In this document: positions 61,883 to 64,000 of the stretch, piece after piece
Layout: every line of letters starts with the position of its first letter
How positions within the stretch are numbered: the stretch's first letter is position 1
Assembly: GCF_032191835.1 (NCBI RefSeq)
Contig: NC_083225.1
Coordinates: 49,352,001 to 49,416,000 of the forward strand
Origin: Heteronotia binoei
Taxonomy: Eukaryota
Direction: 5' to 3'
DNA: 64,000 nucleotides
Program-made: the position numbers and the translations under genes
Notes under the pieces: generated by a model
What the model was told of the DNA's origin: nothing
The model's database searches: none
What the model saw: the letters and a program-made list of their open reading frames with translations, nothing else

Positions 61883-64000
61883 GTGCTATGGTACATGAAA
61901 AGGTACTGGGGCTAGGGGAGAGAAAATTACTGCTCACTTGTGCAGCACTTCTAGTATTGTTTAAATGATCAGTTTCTTTTATAAAGTGGTGTTGGTGGCC
62001 GTGCGTTGACCTGTGGCCACTGTAACATGTAGTTTTGGCCTATGACTCATAAGCTTGACTGACATTCAGGCTGATTCCTCACTGGGATTTGCTTTGCCCC
62101 CGCACTTCTCCCTGCGCCGGCTTAAGCCATGGATTCCCCACTAGTTGCTCTGCGGGCACTTTACGTCGCAGCTACTTCCTATTACCATTGCAGCAACAGG
62201 ATGTTGGGTTTTTTGGAGTTCCAATTGCCGTGACGGGAATGGGAAGGAGCCCTGAAGCAAGAGGCGCTGTGCAGCAACTGGTGGGGAATTGATGGCTTGT
62301 GCTGATGAATCAGTCAGATATCCTGTTTCTATGCACCAAAAACTGTAAAACATAGCAATCACTTTTCTGCCTTAAAAGTGGCATAAAACTAAAGTTTAAA
62401 AGAAAAAAATAAACAATAAAACATGGAAAGATAAACATGTAAATAGTTAGACTAATGTTCACCATAGAAGGAAGACAATAAGATTATTGACCAATAATCT
62501 TCTCCTTTCATTCATGCCCCACTCCTTTTATACAGTAACTGCTGAACAAATACCACTCCTGAACTGCTGACCAAATACCCATTTCAGTGTTGGAATAAAA
62601 GAGGAAATATTCACAGTGCAATCAATGAAGGAAGGGAACGACTGGCACACTACAGAGAAGACAGAAAATCTTTACTTGCAGCTGAGGGCTACTTTATAAC
62701 ATTACATTTTTAGATTAGATCCTACAATACTGAAATACCAAGACACATAACAGGGGAATGCAAGAGAAGATAGCTGTGAACACATGTTTCAAGTGGGCAT
62801 TTCATGAGATCAGCTGCCATCCTGCTGAGTGTACACTTACTGGTACACAGTTTTTTTCTGGATAATGTGTGTAATGGCCATACCAAATGGAAGGACTGAA
62901 CAATTCCTCATGTTTCCCTAGGTCTTCTGTGACTATAAACCCATATTCTTTTAGTTGACACTATATATATAGTTACATCATTATCTCTCCTACTTGAGTT
63001 CTCCTCATGAGTTTCTTGTAGCGCCCTCATAAAAAGTTGGCTAGAGAATGTAGCTGTACAATAAAGCAGCCCCTCTTTAAAAATGCACTAGAAAATTGAT
63101 TAGTCACATTGATTTCCCCATGTGTTTCTTATATTAGGACGAAATGAAATAAAATTGTCCATTTACTATGGATTTAAAGCCTGTCAAGACAACAGCGGAA
63201 AAAAAAGGGGGGGGACCCTCAGCTCTCTATGTATTTCATGTTTTTGTACAAAGCTGAATTCTGCAGAAGGTTTATTTTCTATTATAATCAATCAGTGCTG
63301 ACAAGAGCCTGAAGCGTTAATACTGTGAAAAGAGTCCTTACTGAGGTCCTAATGATATGCTAGCAACTCAATCATTTCACATTTATGTTTCAGCCAAATC
63401 AAACAGCAGCACTTAAGAAAGTACCTGCTGGCAAACTGACAAACAACAATCACGAGGCAATTAAATGGTAACTAGAAGCCTACAACTGAGGAATTGGCTG
63501 GCTAGTTGAAATCAATATTGAAAATTTAGCTCCTGCTATCTAGCTAGCAATCCTATGCTCCCTTGGTACACTGGCACACAGCTGCTTGGCCTCCTTCTTC
63601 TTCCTTGCCAATTCCTCTCATTCCTGGTACTATGTAAAGGTTTACCTCACTTTTTTCCCAGCTCCATGTCTATACCACGCAATGTTTCCTAAAGTTTCTG
63701 ATCCAGCTATTCCTTAATAGCCCTTCTCAGTTGTTATGATCCAACTCACAATGTGAGATTATGCTATGCACAATCCTCTTGGTATGTGTGGGTGCCATTT
63801 TGTATGAACAAGGTAACATATATATTTTCAACTTTGGTGCATACGATCAGAACCAGATTTTTGAAGGGGCATGTTTGCATGTGTGGAAATGTGGGGAAAT
63901 GAGGCTTACAAGCATTCATATCTGCCTCTGTGGGAGTGAGTAAGTTCTTCAGCTGTTCCAGGTCTCCAGCCAAGCCAGGCCTGCCTGCAAACCTCACTGC

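Overview
Vertebrate genomic DNA from a squamate reptile, most likely a gecko (inferred from Sauria, Squam3-type and 5S-derived SINEs). The window lies inside SH3RF3 (POSH2) on the minus strand and holds three phase-0 coding exons: 60300-60575, 36176-36271 and 1332-1685, matching exons 2-4 by recall of the human gene. The introns (about 24 kb and 34.5 kb) are packed with transposons: a full-length TSD-flanked L1 with intact ORF1 but an internal ORF2 deletion (18071-24297), a 5'-truncated L1 of another subfamily with an open RT ORF (26281-29118), a near-intact L2 with one nonsense codon (46575-51251), about a dozen hAT MITEs (most with recognisable 8-bp TSDs), and CR1, BovB, DIRS and Penelope fragments. 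The most unusual items are an orphan, apparently semi-spliced PAF1 fragment next to a CR1 3' end (6071-6932), an AUGA stop/start overlap between L1 ORF1 and ORF2, a TTTT/GA target shared by both L1s, a MITE nearly identical to primate MER30, and decayed Penelope-type hammerhead cores. I found no clearly new biological system. All family and gene assignments come from recalled motifs, not database searches.
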